From: the human T2T-CHM13v2.0 reference genome, Homo sapiens
DNA: 64,000 nt
Strand: one strand, 5' to 3'
NCBI RefSeq assembly: GCF_009914755.1
Contig: NC_060929.1
Each line of letters starts with the position of its first letter. Position 1 is the first letter of the stretch. The notes under the pieces were generated by a model. It saw only the letters and a list, made by a program, of their open reading frames with translations. It did no database searches and had not been told where the DNA came from. Positions 1 through 19,996 of the stretch are shown here, in pieces. The translations under genes were made by a program, and so were the position numbers.

Positions 1-3000
1 TCTTGGTGAACCAAACACAAATAATGCAAATTGCTTTAAAGATGATTAGATTCCAAGTAAGAAATCTTTTTTTCTGTCCCAGGAATGCATTTTATCATCT
101 ACAGGAAACTGAGTCAGTAATTATTTGGTGGTGTTTGACATACAGTCAAAACCAGGGCATGTGTGATGTTGTCAGGAGACAGACTTTAGAAACCACTTAA
201 GTGGTTTAGATGATACAATGGTGAAAATTCTTTTCTTTTTAGATTTGAAGATTTGGTTAATAATTGACTTTTTCCCTTGATGTTTTGACTTTTTGGTCCA
301 TTAGGTTTGCTTTTCCCTTGACTTGAGACCTAGGACTGGGTTCTTTGATAATTTCTTTTAATCTGACTGCTTTATACTGTGTTTTTATATTTTCTGTTTT
401 GCATTGAGATATTTCTTAAATTTTTGTTTTCTAAATCAGGGAAGAAAACTTTTTTATCTAAGCTTGATTAAGTTGAGTTTTTGGTTTAAACTTGGATCTG
501 CAAAATTCACCTTGATTTTGTTCATGTATGAACAAAGCCAGAAAGTTAATGAAGCTGATTCAGAGCAAGAATTATCAGCCATTTTTGCTTGGCATTGTAA
601 TAAAACACAATTAATTAATTATGGTTGGTTGACTTAACATTTCACCCTCGAAAGACAGTCTGATGGCATTAATTCAGTACTGCTGCCTTTCTAATATAAA
701 AGTTTTAAATACTCAATATTTATGGTTTTATTGATCCTTTTTTAAAAAATCAAAACTTTTGATTAGTTTAGCATGAGATGTTCTTTTCTGAGCTACAAAT
801 CCTCCTGTAGATGCCACTTAGATACAAAGACTGCTCAGAACCCCTTCTCTCATTTACTTTTGTTTTCCTGGGATGGCTTTTCAGTACCAGCCTGGGTGTG
901 CTGTCTTTGTGTGCTATGAACATCACATTGTTCTGTTGGCTTTCGTATCTCAGAGCAGAATCTACTTGCCCCACTTTGCCTTCAGAGAATCTTAGGGTCA
1001 TTTTCTGGGATGTCCCATTGCATGTTTTCTCCTTTAGATCTGGCCCAGAAAAAAAAAATCGTTTTGGAATTAACATTTTTCATTTTGAAGCTTTGACCAG
1101 TCCAAGAAGCTCATTTTAATGTTTTGCTTACCATTGGCCAATACTGCATTTCTAGAACACGGGCACATTTAGGATATCATTTTACCACATGTTATGGCAC
1201 TAGTTCAGGGGACGCTGCTACCGAGACCCAGTCTTGTTTTTGTCTGGTTGAGTTGAGGCCAGAGCCTTTTCATAGTAGTTAAGTCTATGCTTATTTTATG
1301 TGGTTGCTACTTGAGTATGGAACTCTGCACATAAAAAATAACCTGATATTTCTTCTTTGTTTTCTTGTCCATAAGTGTCCATCATGGTTGATTTAGTTGT
1401 AGACACTAGGACAATCAAAAACTGACCTGGTTGATTGTGAGTCCTTAGGGCTTGTTAGCTGAAAAGACAACTCTTCAATGTTTCATCTGCTAGAACATGG
1501 ACCAAGCAAAGTATCAGCAGTTAGGAGATAGTCATGGCCTGGACATGGATCCAGTTGTATATCTTCCAAGGGTCTTCCCATCCTTGACTAAGCCTAATAC
1601 CCACAGGACCTAGACTATGACATTTGGGAAGAAACGAGGAAGGTTCTCCAGAGATGTAGGGGGTAGACTTCAAGGGACTTTGTGACTATCTGGATTTGAG
1701 CAGTATTAGACTAGGGTGGCATCTAACACATCTCTCAGGCCCCTAGCTTGGACGGTGTCACTCATTGGGAGAAGAAATGATGAATGAGGACAGGTTTGTG
1801 GGCAAAAGATGATGAGCATTGGCCAGGAAATGTTGGGCAATTTCTGCTGGAAATTGGAAGAGTATGATTATCGCTGGGAAAGGAAGGAAACTGTGAGACA
1901 CTGAATTGATCCCTTGGCGTGTGGGGTATGAGAGAATGAGTATCCAGGGGGCTGATAGAGAAGTAAGGTGTATCCTGAGGAGGGAGGAGAGTTTGGGTTT
2001 CTACCAAGGTGGAGGGATTGGGAAAACAGATATTGAGAATGTTGAGCCTAGCACAGAGCACTGTTGAATGTGTGTAGCTTTGCACACCCTGCAGATGGCT
2101 TGTGTGTCCTGTGTTTGAAACTGTCCCACTATCTTTTGCCTGCTTTCTGATTTCTTCAGCTGAACCTGCTCAAATCTCCACCTCGATTCTCTTCCCTCCC
2201 CTCAGGGTGTATCTTGAGCAGGCAGATCGTAGGTTTTCCTTTAAGGGCAGAGCATACAAAAGGAAAAAAGAATTACAAAAAGGAATATGTTTCCACTCCA
2301 TAAAGCTCACAGTCAGATGGTGTTTGGCAAGGGCCTGACCTAACCCTTTGTTTCACCCTGTCAGTCTCCAACCTGACGAGCAGAGAGACTTTATCGTCCA
2401 GTTAAACCTTTCAATTAAGCCTTATTCTCTTTTCCAGTAAAGAAAGCTGTAATGCAGCCTCTTGGATCTGTTTTTAATGTTTAGTCTTTTTGATTACCTG
2501 TGTCTGAGACAGCTGTTGTTCATTCTCTCTCTCCCTTAAAATACACACACATGCACACACACACAGTGTGGTAGCTGCACCAAACACCCAGAACCTAATG
2601 CTTGTGGTCTCATCCTTGGAAAAAGGCTTAATTTGCAGCAAGGTATATAGTATAAAAATCTGTACAGCACTAAAGGCTGCTGTGTATATCATATCCTCCC
2701 CTTAAAATCAGCCCTTTAGAGAATGCACACAGAGAGAAATCCCTCACAAATCAGAGAAGAGTGATGACATAGAAAAGCTGAAAATGTTTCATGTGTCACA
2801 GCAACATCACAAGACTAGAAAAATTAGAGATGGACAGTGATGTTATAGCCTAAAGCAATCCAACACCATAGTTTGTATTCTTCCTGTAACAGTAAAACTG
2901 TCACTACTTTAAAGATGAAAATGTGGATTTTGTTCATTTAAGGTATTATTATTATTATTTGCTAAGAAATTCTGTCAGGGCTTTGCCTTCATATTTGCCA

Positions 3001-4339
3001 CAATGAAAGATAATTCAACATTTTTTTTCCTTTTACAGCCTACAGAGTGCAACATGAAAGAGAAGGGATACTACTAAACTACTAAACTGTGAAATATTTC
3101 ACTTGATTTGATGGTTACAATTGTTTTCTATAGGGAAAAGTCGGGCTTGAATTTTCTTATTTTAATACTTTGTTAATACTTTCGTCAGCTGTCTTTCCAA
3201 CTTCTCAGTGTTTTTGTTTCAAGTGCTTGTCTTGCACATTTAGCATCCAGCTGAAAAGGCAGTCAGACCTTCTGCCTACACTCACCGGGCAGGTGCCCCG
3301 TCCTCATGCGCACACCATCTCACCTGCAGGAGGGAGCCATCCTCATGATTCTCTTTGCCTGCTCCAGGAGAACCATCCCCGGTTCAAGACAAATTTCTAC
3401 TTTGAGCTCTCTCTCTGATTTCTTGCTCCATTACTTATTCCATTTCTCTCTTATATTTCCAGTCTGTTTATTCCTCGCTCCTTACCTTTTTTTCCTGTAT
3501 TTTTTGGATCTCCTAAAAATCTCTCCTGTCTTATAAGAGAAATTAAAGCCTTTTCTTGGCACTGAATACTCCTCTAGCTACTGTCTTCTCTTGCACATGC
3601 AGCCCGGCTTCTTGAAGAAATGGTTCGGTTGCTCTCCTAGGCACGCAGCTCTTCCTCTCTCCAGCTCTTCCTGGTGGGTTTTGTCCCCACTCTACTATAA
3701 CTGTTGTCACCTGGGTCAACAATGAATTTCCAAAGCTTTTCTTTCCTTATATAACTTCAACTTTCTGTTCATATTTAATACTTACTTTTGAATTACACCA
3801 GTAATACATAAAAGCAAGTTCCCTAAAAAAAAAAAAAAAAAAAAAATTCAGACAATACAAAAGTAAAAAGTTATAGTTCCACCCCCTCCCCCTTTATTCC
3901 CCAAGCCCATTTACTTCCTCAGAAGTATTTACTGGTAACAGTTTGGAGTGCATACTTCCAGATTTTTCTGTATATTTGCATATGGATAGATAGGTAGAAT
4001 GATATAATTACAGACTTTTTATTTGCTATTCATATTATTCGCCATCTTTTTATGCTAATTTGGAGGGTTTCTTTTAACATTAGTTTATAGGGATCTAAGT
4101 CTTATCTCGAAATTTTCATTCCTTTTGTTTACGATGTCTCTCCCTCCTGATTCTCCCTTTACTCCTTTGACAATTTCTTCTTGTCCTATTTCACTACTCC
4201 TTGTGTTCTGTCCCTTTCTTTACTGTGGCTGCTATGTAGGGCTTTGCTTTTGCTCTTCCTGTCTCGTCACTTGGATCCATTCCCCAGACTTAGGTCGTGT
4301 AGATAGAGCTGCTCTTTCTCAATACTTTCTCTGCTAAAT

Positions 4340-4520
4340 ACCATGCTATGTGCATGATATCTCATGAAGTAGCTGGCACTATCCCCAGGAAATCTGAGTA
4401 TTGGAGAGATGAAATGACCTCCTGAGGGCCACCAGTCTAGTAAACGATAGAGCTGGAATCAAGTCCTGGGCAGGCTGACTCCAAAACCTATGCACTTAAC
4501 CACAAAGATATATAGCCTCC
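4340..4520. mobile_element. MIR fragment
   Basis: diverged MIR core-like motifs (gagctggaatcaagtcctgggcaggctgactccaaa). Confidence 0.5.
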
Positions 4521-5984
4521 ATTATATGTAGAAATTCACCAACATGTATTTTTCTATATTGAACTATCTATATATCATCTCTCCCTGGGTGCTCAGAATT
4601 ACTTGATACTAAGCAAGACAAACCCAAACTCATGTATTTCTCTAGGCAGCTTCATGTTCCCTTCCTGGATAGGAATGTAAGGCATACTCTCCTGTACACT
4701 CAGTCACTCAAACCAGCAGGATATCATCCCCTGACCCCAGCCTAACTGCTCACTGCAGTCACCACTTGTGGATTCTACCCCAGAACATCACTGGTCTGCG
4801 TTTCTCCACATGTCTGCAGCATTGCCCTGGTGCAGGCCATCAACACTGATTGCCTGTCCTATTGCTCTGCCACCTCGCCTGTCTCTTCCAGGTCGGCTTC
4901 CTTCCCATCGATTCTCTACAGTTACTAGAGTGCCCTTTCTAAGCAAACATCTGATCTGCTGAAGGAATTCCGGGGTTCCCAGTTGCTTTTAGTTATTATA
5001 ATTCAATTTACTTCTTATTGTAGAAAATTTTAAATATATACAGAGAAAGAGAGATAACAGTCCTCCATGTTGCTTTAAGAAGAGAAAATATTCATTATTT
5101 CACTGATATTTATTGCTTCCCTACCCAATGCTAGGCTTTGCTCTGAGTTCTGGGATGGAGTGAGCCAGTCCAAGCGAGGCCCCTCTGAGCTGACCTCTGC
5201 GAACTCCTCGTGCCACCCCTCCCCTTATGTCCTGGGCTCCAGCTGGAGCCACCACATACAGGAATTTTAATGTGTGGGAATGTCTCTTCCAGTCTGACTT
5301 ACACCAACACATCTTTCAGGATGGAGCTCTTAGCAGCTTGCATCTTTCCTGGTCCTCTTCCTCTACGAGCAGGAAGGGCTGACCATTCCCTTCTTTGAGC
5401 CCTCACTGTAACTTCTTATTTCGCTCGAAGCACCTAAGAAATTATTGCATTGATTTGTTTATGTGTCTGTATCTCTCTGTCAACCTGAATTCCTTCAAAG
5501 CAAATTGTGTACTACTCATCTTTTGTGCCCTGCCCCAGTACAGTGCCAAATTGCTTTTCAGAAATGCATGTACTGATTTAATCTCCCTCCATTAGGGCAG
5601 AAGAAAGCTGGAATCATTTTTTAAAATCTTTACTATATCAGTGGGTTAAAAATGATATATTAGTATAATAAGCATTTTCTTGATTATTGATAAGATTGTG
5701 TTTTGCTATCACTAATATCTGTCTATATTTACTATATAAATTATCATCTCATGTCCTTTTCCCATTTTTTGGTATTGGTGTTTTTCTAGAAGTTTTTAAA
5801 TAAGCTCTTTGTATGACAAAAATATATTCATCTTTTATGTTTGTTCAAATCACCCTGCATCATTTTTTTGTCTTGTAGTTATACCTATGGGATTTTTTTG
5901 ACATTAGAGTTTTTGAATTAAAATGCAATCAAAGTATATTACTTTTGGGGGGAAGTTGTTCTATTGCTTTTTAAAAATATTTTT

Positions 5985-6655
5985 TAAAATCAAGATATAC
6001 TTCATATACCATGAAGTTTATCATTTTAAAGTGTATAATTCAGTGCTTTTCTAGTACAGTCACAAGGTTGTACAACCATCACCACTAATTTCGGAGCATT
6101 TTCAACACCACAAAAGAAACCCCATATCCGATAGCTGTCACTCTCAATTCCCCACTTCCCCTAGCTCTAGCCAACCACTAATCTCCTTTCTGTGTTTATG
6201 GATTTGCTCATTCTGGACATTTCATATAGATGGAATCCTACAAACATTTTGTGTCTGATTTCTTTCACTTAGCATAATGTTTCCAAGCTTCGTCAATGTG
6301 GTAGCATATATTAGTACTTCATTCCTTTTAATGGCTGAATTCTATTCCACTGTATGGATATACCACATTTTATTTATCTACTCAGTTGATGGCCATTTAG
6401 GTTGTTCCCACTTTTTGCTAGTATGAATAATGTTGCTATGAATATTTGTGTGCATTTGTACATGAACATATGTTATCAACTCTCTTGGGTATATGCCCAG
6501 GAGTGGAATTGCCATGTCATTTGGTAACTCTATGTTTAACTTTTTGAGGAGATGCCAAACTGTTTTCTACAGTGGCTGCACCATTTTACATTCCCACCAG
6601 CAACGTATTGAGGGTGCCAGTTTCTTCACATCCTTACCAACACTTATTTTCGTTG
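5985..6655 (-). mobile_element. Old L1 (L1MB-like) 3' fragment
   Basis: typical antisense L1MB 3' UTR text (ttctggacatttcatata, cccaggagtggaattgc, gtggctgcaccattttacattcccaccagca). Confidence 0.75.
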
Positions 6656-7786
6656 CTTTTTTGCTTAGAGTCTTTATACGTTCTCATATATAAACCCCTT
6701 TAATCTATTCTTGTTGAATTAATATAGTTGTATCTGTATTCTTGCTGGAGAATTTTCTGTGATGATAAAGATAATTCTACCAATACCTGCTTGTGCACAT
6801 GGAACAGAAATGAAAGTCTCAGTGTTAGGAAAGAATCATTAATGTCTATTGTGATACAAAACATTTTCTTCAGCTTCATAATATAGTACTATAAAAGATA
6901 TTTACTTTTAGAAGCACTCCTTAAAATTTCTCTGTTCCAAGGTAATAATTTTACCATTAGTGATGTTCTGTTTTATTTCCTAGTAAAAATATTTTGCCTG
7001 CTTTTATATTTAATTGTGCTTTAGAAAGGATTATCGACAACTTTCCACATGTCCCAAAGTTTAGTGAAATGTTTAAGTAACGAACTGTGACTGTGAACAG
7101 GAAAGAAGGAGCAATGTTTAGAAGAGGGGTTTTTAGTCTTTAATTTTTGTTCCTCTTTTTGATCTCTCTTAACTAAGATGCTTGTGTTTCCATTTACTGT
7201 AGAGCAGACAGCTTAGGAGGGAAGAGCCTGTCAGTAGAGAGAAGACATTGGTGGAGGTGACAGTGTTAGGACCTCATGTTAATGTGATATCTAAAAAATA
7301 TTAATTAGCCAATGAAGTGGAGATACTGACAGGAGAGAACTTGAGAACCAGAAACAGTATGTGACAGTAATGCTGAAGGGGTGTGAGTAAAGATAGAGAA
7401 ACTGGCCTTGCTTAGGTAAGGTCAAAGCAAATGTTGCTTTGATAGGAGCTGTACTATTGTCATCCATGCTTGGATTTTCTCCACTCCCAAAGGCCTCATG
7501 ATTCTCCTGGCATGAGGAACGCTGATTCCAAACAGTTTTCTGGATAAAATTTAGCATAACCCTGGAGATAGGTGGAGGTTTTCTTTCTTTCTTTTTTTTA
7601 TTCTAAGTAGTCTTTATTCTCTGTGCACATATATACAAACAAACCACAGAGATATCTCTCCCCATAAATTAGATTCTTAAGTGACTTTTACATTAAACAA
7701 ATATTAAGAAAGTATGATAATTACTTGAGTTGTGTTAAATTCTTCCTTTAATTAAGAAATAAAGCCCACAATGGATAAGATAATTC

Positions 7787-11943
<4,157 letters not shown>

Positions 11944-12189
11944 AGTGACCTGGGCTGTGACATTTCATTTGGGTTTTGCTGTAGTTTGCTTCATATATAC
12001 GTCCTCAGTCAAAATAAGTGGGGTGGAATTCTGGCCCAGCAACAACAACTTTTTGCTAAGCTAATATAATTTTTGCCCTTCTATAAGATAACTAAGGTCT
12101 GTAATTTCACACTGTGCCTCTGCTTTGGACTTTTCAACATTTTATTTGAATGTTTCCTTTTCTCCATATGGAGTGATGGTGGTTAGGAT

Positions 12190-12740
<551 letters not shown>

Positions 12741-13267
12741 TTATAAATATTACACACTAATATTTTATTCCCATATATATCCTAATGTTGACATCTGTTT
12801 GTACTCAACAGCTGAATTTTGAGTTATGCTTTCACCAAGTGGATTTATATGTCCTTTGGCAGGGGGATCCTTTTTTTGTTGTGGGAGTTGAACTAAAAAG
12901 CGAAAATACAAAATAAAAAAATAGCTAACCAAATGAAAATAATAAGGAGATTAGGCAAACATTTTAAAACTTGAGTACTACCTAGTAAATGGAAAATTTA
13001 ATCACATAAGATATGTGTTGGCAATATAGTAGAATAGAAATGCCAGTGGTTTGAGAAATAGTGAAGGGAAGCCCTGCATGTGTTTTCAGTTGATTTGATG
13101 CAATCCTGGAGCAGACATCCATTTACTAGTGGGATATGTAAAGAAAGTTTTGTGATGCAGAGTTGGGGGGATACCCCAGTAAGAGCAGAATAGGAGTAGT
13201 AAACTAGGGAGCCCTAATGAAATCAATGGCATGACCTGAAAATTACTATGTGAAGAATAAGGAGCCA

Positions 13268-13460
13268 TGCATCCTGGGCAACATAGTGAGACCTCATCTT
13301 ACGAAACACAAACAATTGGCCATGTGTGATAGCTTGCACCTGTAGTCCCAGCTACTTGAGAGGCTGAGGTGAGAGGGTTGTTTGAGCCTGAGAGGCCGCT
13401 GTACTCCAGCCTGGGCAACAGAGCAAGGCCCTGTATCAAAAAAAAAAAAAAAAAAAAAAA
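13268..13460 (+). mobile_element. Truncated, internally deleted AluJ
   Basis: cctgggcaacatagtgagacc...ctccagcctgggcaacagagcaag followed by a poly(A) tail. Confidence 0.8.
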
Positions 13461-13761
13461 GAGAGTGTGTAAAATAAATCATATTAGATGAAATAAATCA
13501 TATTAGATGATAAATCATATTAGATCATATTAGATGATTTATTTCATTTGAATAATATGATTTATTTCATTTGACAATGACATTGAATCATTTGAACGAC
13601 TATTCTGTGCCAAGTCCCCAGGCCTGGACTTGTCTGTAATCTTTTTGCCTGGATTATTATTGTAATAGTTCCAACTCTTCCCCCTTCTCCTCTTGTGCTC
13701 CACCCCTACCCTTCTTTCTCATCAGAACAGCCAGTGGGATCCCGTTAAAAACTGAAATCTT

Positions 13762-14129
<368 letters not shown>

Positions 14130-14185
14130 CTATTGATCTACGTGATTTAGAATCCTGTTCCCTCTTCTACCTCTTTCTTACTCCC

Positions 14186-14909
14186 TGTCTTAGGCCATTC
14201 TTGCATTGCTATAAAGAAATACCTGGGCTGGGCGCGGTGGCTCACACCTGTAATCCCAGCACTCTGGGAGGCTGAGATGGGTGAATCACGAGGTCATGAG
14301 TTCAAGACCAGCCTGGACAAGATGGTGAAACCCCGTCTCTACTAAAAATATAAAAATTAGCCAGGCATGGTGGCGGGCACCTGTAATCCCAGCTATTCAG
14401 GAGGCTGAGGCAGAGAATTGCTTGAACCCAGGAGGCGGAGGTTGCAGTAAGCTGAGATCGCGCCAGTCCACTCCAGCCTGGGCAACAGAGGGAGACTCCA
14501 CCAAAAAACAAAAAACAAAAAACAAAAAAAACAACCTGAGGCTGGGTAATTTATAAAGAAAATAGGTTTAATTGGCTCACAGTTCTGCAGGCTGTACAAG
14601 CATGGCACTGGCATCTGCCCCACTTCTGGAGAGACCGCAGGAAGCTTTTACTCATGGCAGAAGGCGAAGGAGGAGCAAGTGGGTCATACAGCAAGAGCAG
14701 GAACCAGAGAGAGAGAAGATGCCACACATTTTTAAACAATCAGATCTCATGAGAACTCATTCACTGTCTTGAGGACAGCATGAAGCCATGAGGGATCTGT
14801 CCCCATGATCCACACATGACCCACACACCTCCCAATAGGCCCCACCTCCAACACTGGAGATTACATCTCAATGTGAGATTTGGGTGTGACACAGATCTAA
14901 ACCATACCA
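14186..14909 (-). mobile_element. MSTA-like MaLR LTR split by an AluS
   Basis: tgtcttaggcc...ttgctataaagaaatacctg / aggctgggtaatttataaagaaa...accatacca; flanking 5-mers ctccc/ttccc. Confidence 0.85.
14226..14533 (+). mobile_element. AluS (Sg/Sx-like) inserted in the MST LTR
   Basis: full dimer with (CAAAAAA)n tail; acctg duplicated at the flanks. Confidence 0.9.
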
Positions 14910-16173
14910 TTCCCCTTGAGGAAACTCACCACTTTGTCATTCCCTAGACAGGCTAGGCCCACTCCCACTGCAGGGCTTTTGCACATACTGTTCCCTGGGC
15001 CTGGATGCTGTTCCATCAGCTAGCCACGCATGTCCCTGCTTCAAGTCGTTTCTCCAGTACCATTTCTCCATGAAAGCAGCCCTCACCGCTTGGTTAAAAT
15101 TGTAACCTCTGCCCCCCCGACTTCCTGTTCTCCTCTTACCATTTTTCCTCTACAGTACTCATCACCAGGTGACATATGATAGATTTGTCTTATTAATGTT
15201 GTCTTTCTCTCTCTACTACTGTATAAGCTTCATAAAGACACAGATTTTTTTCCTACTGTGTTTACTCCTGTGCCCAGTATTTTGAACAGTTCCCAAATAT
15301 ACAACACTCAGTAAATATTTATTGACTCAAAGAATCAATTTGGACTCGCAGGAACCCAGGAAGAAGGAAATCATGTTACTTATAATCCCAATGCATGAAG
15401 TAAATAACTACCATTAGGATTTTATGTATTTTCTCTTGTCTCCCCACTTAATATTACAGAAATATTGGAAAGTATGGAAAAGTACAAAAGAAGTAACTCA
15501 AGAAGAAATTAAAAATCACCCATAATTGCTCCAGCCAAAGAAAGCTCCCTTTAAGTTTTGATGTATGTCTCTCATTAGAGTACCTTTCTCTCTGTCTCTC
15601 TCTTCCCTTCTCCTCTTCTGCTTATGTCTGTGTATACACTTAATTTTCTCCCTCTGTGTATGAACATATATACATGTACATGTACATATAATGTTTATCT
15701 CAATTTCTTGTTTTTTTTTCTGTTTATTTATCAATAAATCTTGGGTATGTGCCATTATGTTATGACTATTTTCAAAAAACATATTTTAAATGGCTTGTTA
15801 TCATTCCATTATGAAGATATATTATTACTTATTTAACCAATCCCATATTATAAATGTGTATATTTAGATTGTCTCCATTTTCTTATATTTGTTTTTAATG
15901 AATGAACATTTTGTTTCTTTTGTATCTCGTTGTGCAAGTGTCAGATTATTTTTCTTGAGTGATATTATTAGAAGTGAAATTATGAAGGCAAAGGATATAA
16001 CCATTTTGACCTGTTTTGATACATATTGTGATATTGTCTTCTACAATGACTCACTTCAGTGGTACTATATGACAATATCTATTTACTATATCTTTGTTAG
16101 CCCTGAGTACTATTTTTCTAAAAATCTTAACCAGTTTTGGTAAATAATTTGTAATTCTTTGATTAAGAAGGAC

Positions 16174-16802
16174 TTTTTTTTTTTTTTGAGACAGGATCTC
16201 TCCCTGTTTCCCATGCTGGAGTGTGGTGGTGCAATCATAGCTCACTGCAGCTTCAAACTCCTGGGCTCAAGTGATCCTCCTGCCTCAGCCTCCTTGAGTA
16301 GCTGGGACTATAGGTGTATGCTACCACACCCAGCTAATTTATTTCCTTCCTTCTTTCCTTCCTTTCTGAGATAGGGTCTCATTTTGTCACCCAACCTGGA
16401 GTGCAGTGGCATGAATACCATCATTGCAGCCTTGATCTCCCGGGCTCAAGTTACCCTCCCGCCTTGGCCCCCCAAGTAGCTGGGGCTACAGGTGCATGCC
16501 ACCACACCCAGCTTATTTTTGTATTTATTTTGTAGAGATGGGGTTTCACCATGTTGCCCAGGCTGGTCTCAAACTCCTGAGCTAAAGTGATCTGCCTGCC
16601 TCAGCCTCCCAAAGTGCTAGGATTACAGGCATGAGCCACCACACCTGATCCCAGCTGACAAAAAAAAAAAAAAAAAACAAAAAAAACTGTAGAGATGAGA
16701 TCTTACTATGTTGCTCAGGCTGGTCACTCCTGGCCTCAAGCTATCCTCTCACCTCAGCTTCCCAAAGTGTTGGGATTGTAAGCATAGGCCACTGTGCCCA
16801 GC
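16174..16802 (-). mobile_element. Nested AluJ within AluJ
   Basis: outer right arm ~16174-16342, inner full Alu ~16343-16650, outer left arm ~16688-16802; outer TSD aagaaggac at 16165 and 16803. Confidence 0.85.
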
Positions 16803-17774
16803 AAGAAGGACCCTTTTTCATGCATTTATTAGTCATTTGTTTATTACATTGTGTGAAGCCCTTTTGTGTATTTCTTGACTTACTAATTTTAGCCAGTGTG
16901 ATTGATTCTCTGGCATAAAAATGAAAAATTTAACACCCTTACAATACCTCTTATGTCCCTGTCTTTTGCCCGCTCTGTTTTTGTTACTTACATATTTTTA
17001 GATCTTAAATTGGTTGACTTCATAACTTAAAATAATATAATTAAACCTCTATTGATTTATCAACTTTAGACAGTATGTATTGTCTCTGCTAGGAAAAATA
17101 AGTATAATAAGTTAAGACATTTAATGTGTTTTCATTGTTTTTTCTTTTCTAATCCTGAGGTTTTCTTTCATTATTATTTATTCTCACTTTATAAACTTTT
17201 AGACATATTCTGTTCTCTAAATTGTTCCTCTGTGTTTTGTCATAGGCTGATTCTGAAAATTAAAAACCAACAAGGAACATTTCCATAGTGGTTATAACAA
17301 ATATTGTGTCCCAAAGTATCAAGGTTGGTGTTTGGTCCCACAGAGAATGAAATGTACCGTGTCATTGAATATTTGCTCCTTGAAGAAGAACCTTATGTGT
17401 GTCAACTTCTAGTTTCTTTCTACCTTCCTTTACTTCATCTGGCTTGTTTTCTTGCATTCAATGTCATTTTATTGTCTTTGATTTCTGTTTTGTTTGGTTG
17501 GAAAACCTCCTCATAATGTTTTCCTGCAGTAAGTGTGTGGGGATAGTAAGTTTTTCCTGTCTTGTCCTGGTACTTGGTCAGTGATTGGTTGTCTGTGTAT
17601 TGTTTATTGTTTTAGAAATTGTTATGCAGGCTCAAAATATTTTCTCCACAATTCTTTGTTGCCACCTAGAATTCCAAGTTAATGATGAAAAGTATGACAG
17701 AAAAAAAAAAACTATGACAGCATGATTCTCACTTCCTTTTGCTACCTATTGTTTCTCTTTGGAAGCTTCTATAA

Positions 17775-18198
<424 letters not shown>

Positions 18199-18626
18199 CT
18201 CTCATTTCTTTATTATTAATATTTTTTCCCTATTGCAGTGTAACTTTTTTCCTTTCTGGAACTCCCACAAGACAGATATTAGACTTCTTGGATCTATACT
18301 CTAGGTTACTCAGTTTTCCTTTTATATTTCCAATCTCTTTATATTTTTGTTTAGTGTTCTTTATTTGACCTCTCTGACCACCCAGCTTAGTTTTTAGCCA
18401 TGTCTGGGTTATTGGTTAGTAATTCCATTGAGCTATAAAATTTTAGTAATTATCTTTTTTTTCCAAGAACGCTTTTTTAAAAAAATCTGATTACTCCTTT
18501 TCCATGGCAGCCTCTTTTTGCCTTATGTCTAATATCCTTCCATGTCTTTCTGTAGGTAGTAAGTACCTTTTTTCCTGAATTAGCTTTGTTTCTTTTAATG
18601 TCTTTTCTGTTTGTTCATTTGGGGCT

Positions 18627-19206
18627 GTGTTTGTTATCTCTTGCTGCTTAACAATTTTTAAAACAATAAACAATTTATTGTTATACACAGTTTCTGTGGG
18701 TCAGGAACCCAGGCATAGCTTAGCTGGGTGCCTCTGCCCAAAGGTATCTCACAAGGCTACAATCAAGGTGTTGGCCAGGTCTGTATTCTCATCTGAATGC
18801 ACAACTGGGGAAGGATCCACTTCCAAGTTCACTCACTCTGCTGTTGGCTAGGTTCGCTTCCTTACCAGTTGTTGGCTTGAGCTCAGTTCCTAAATGACTC
18901 TTGGCCAGAGGCCTCCTACAGTGTCTACTTTATTCATGGGCCTCTCTGTAGAGTAGCTCAGAACCTGGCAGCTGACTTCCCTCAAAGCAAACCAGCAAGA
19001 CAGCAAGAGAAGGCAAGTGAGATGGAAGCCAGAGTCTTATAAACCGATCATGGAATTGCCATCCCATCACTCCTGCCATGTTGTATTCTTTATAAGTGAG
19101 TCACTTAAGTCCAGCTCACACTCAAAAGGAAGGCCCTTTTACCTAAGGGGTTGAGTACTAGAAGCCGGGGATCATTAGGGGGCCATCTTAGATGCTGCCT
19201 ACTATA
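18627..19206 (-). mobile_element. MLT1 (F/G-like) MaLR LTR
   Basis: cacagtttctgtgggtcaggaa...gcttagctgggt...ggggccatcttaga motifs. Confidence 0.7.
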
Positions 19207-19368
19207 GGGGCCTTTTGTGGTGAGAGGGGAGTCTGGTTTTCATGAGTGTCTGCTATTCCTTGTTTCTAAATGAAGGATCTTGTGGGACATTATGGGTAGT
19301 TGGTCTGGGCTTACTCTGTGACTGTGAATGCTGCATCGTGTAACATGTGTCAGCTTCCTTTTCAGATA

Positions 19369-19996
19369 TGTGGGCAGACAGTAGGAAGGTGATTTGGAAA
19401 TTCTTCCTTGTATAATTCTATACCCTTTAGCCCACACAGCTGGAAACTGTTACTTGCTACTACCCACTAAAATATGGAAACATGATGGGATAGTGACGTC
19501 CTTGATTAGGTTATGTTATATGGCAAAGGAAAAGAGTTACTGAAGATATCATTACAGTCTTAAATCAGTTAATATTGAGTTAATAAAAAGGGTCGTTAGT
19601 GGACCTGATTTAATCAGATGAAAGACCTTACAGAGCAGGTGAGAAATGTTCTCCCACTGGCTTTGAAGAAGGAAGCTGCTACGAGTTCTACAGCAGCAAG
19701 GAAATGAACTTTTCTAACAGCCTGAATGAACTTGGAATAGGATTCTTGCCCAGTCAAGCCTCAGGATGATAATGCATCTTGATTGACACCGTGATCGTAG
19801 CCTCGTGACATCCTGACCTAAAGGTCTAGCTAAACTGAGCCTAGACTCCTAATCCACAGAAACTATGAGATAATAAATATATGTTGATTTAAGAGCCTGG
19901 AAGTAAAATACACTGTATTCATTTTCTATTCTGTAACAAATTATCACCAAATTTAGTGGCTTAAGTTCTGTTTTTACAGAATAGAAAATGAATACA
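19369..19996 (+). mobile_element. MLT1E-like MaLR LTR with rearranged 3' end
   Basis: ggctttgaagaa, cccagtcaagcct, cacagaaactatgagataataaat motifs; terminus aatagaaaatgaataca. Confidence 0.7.
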
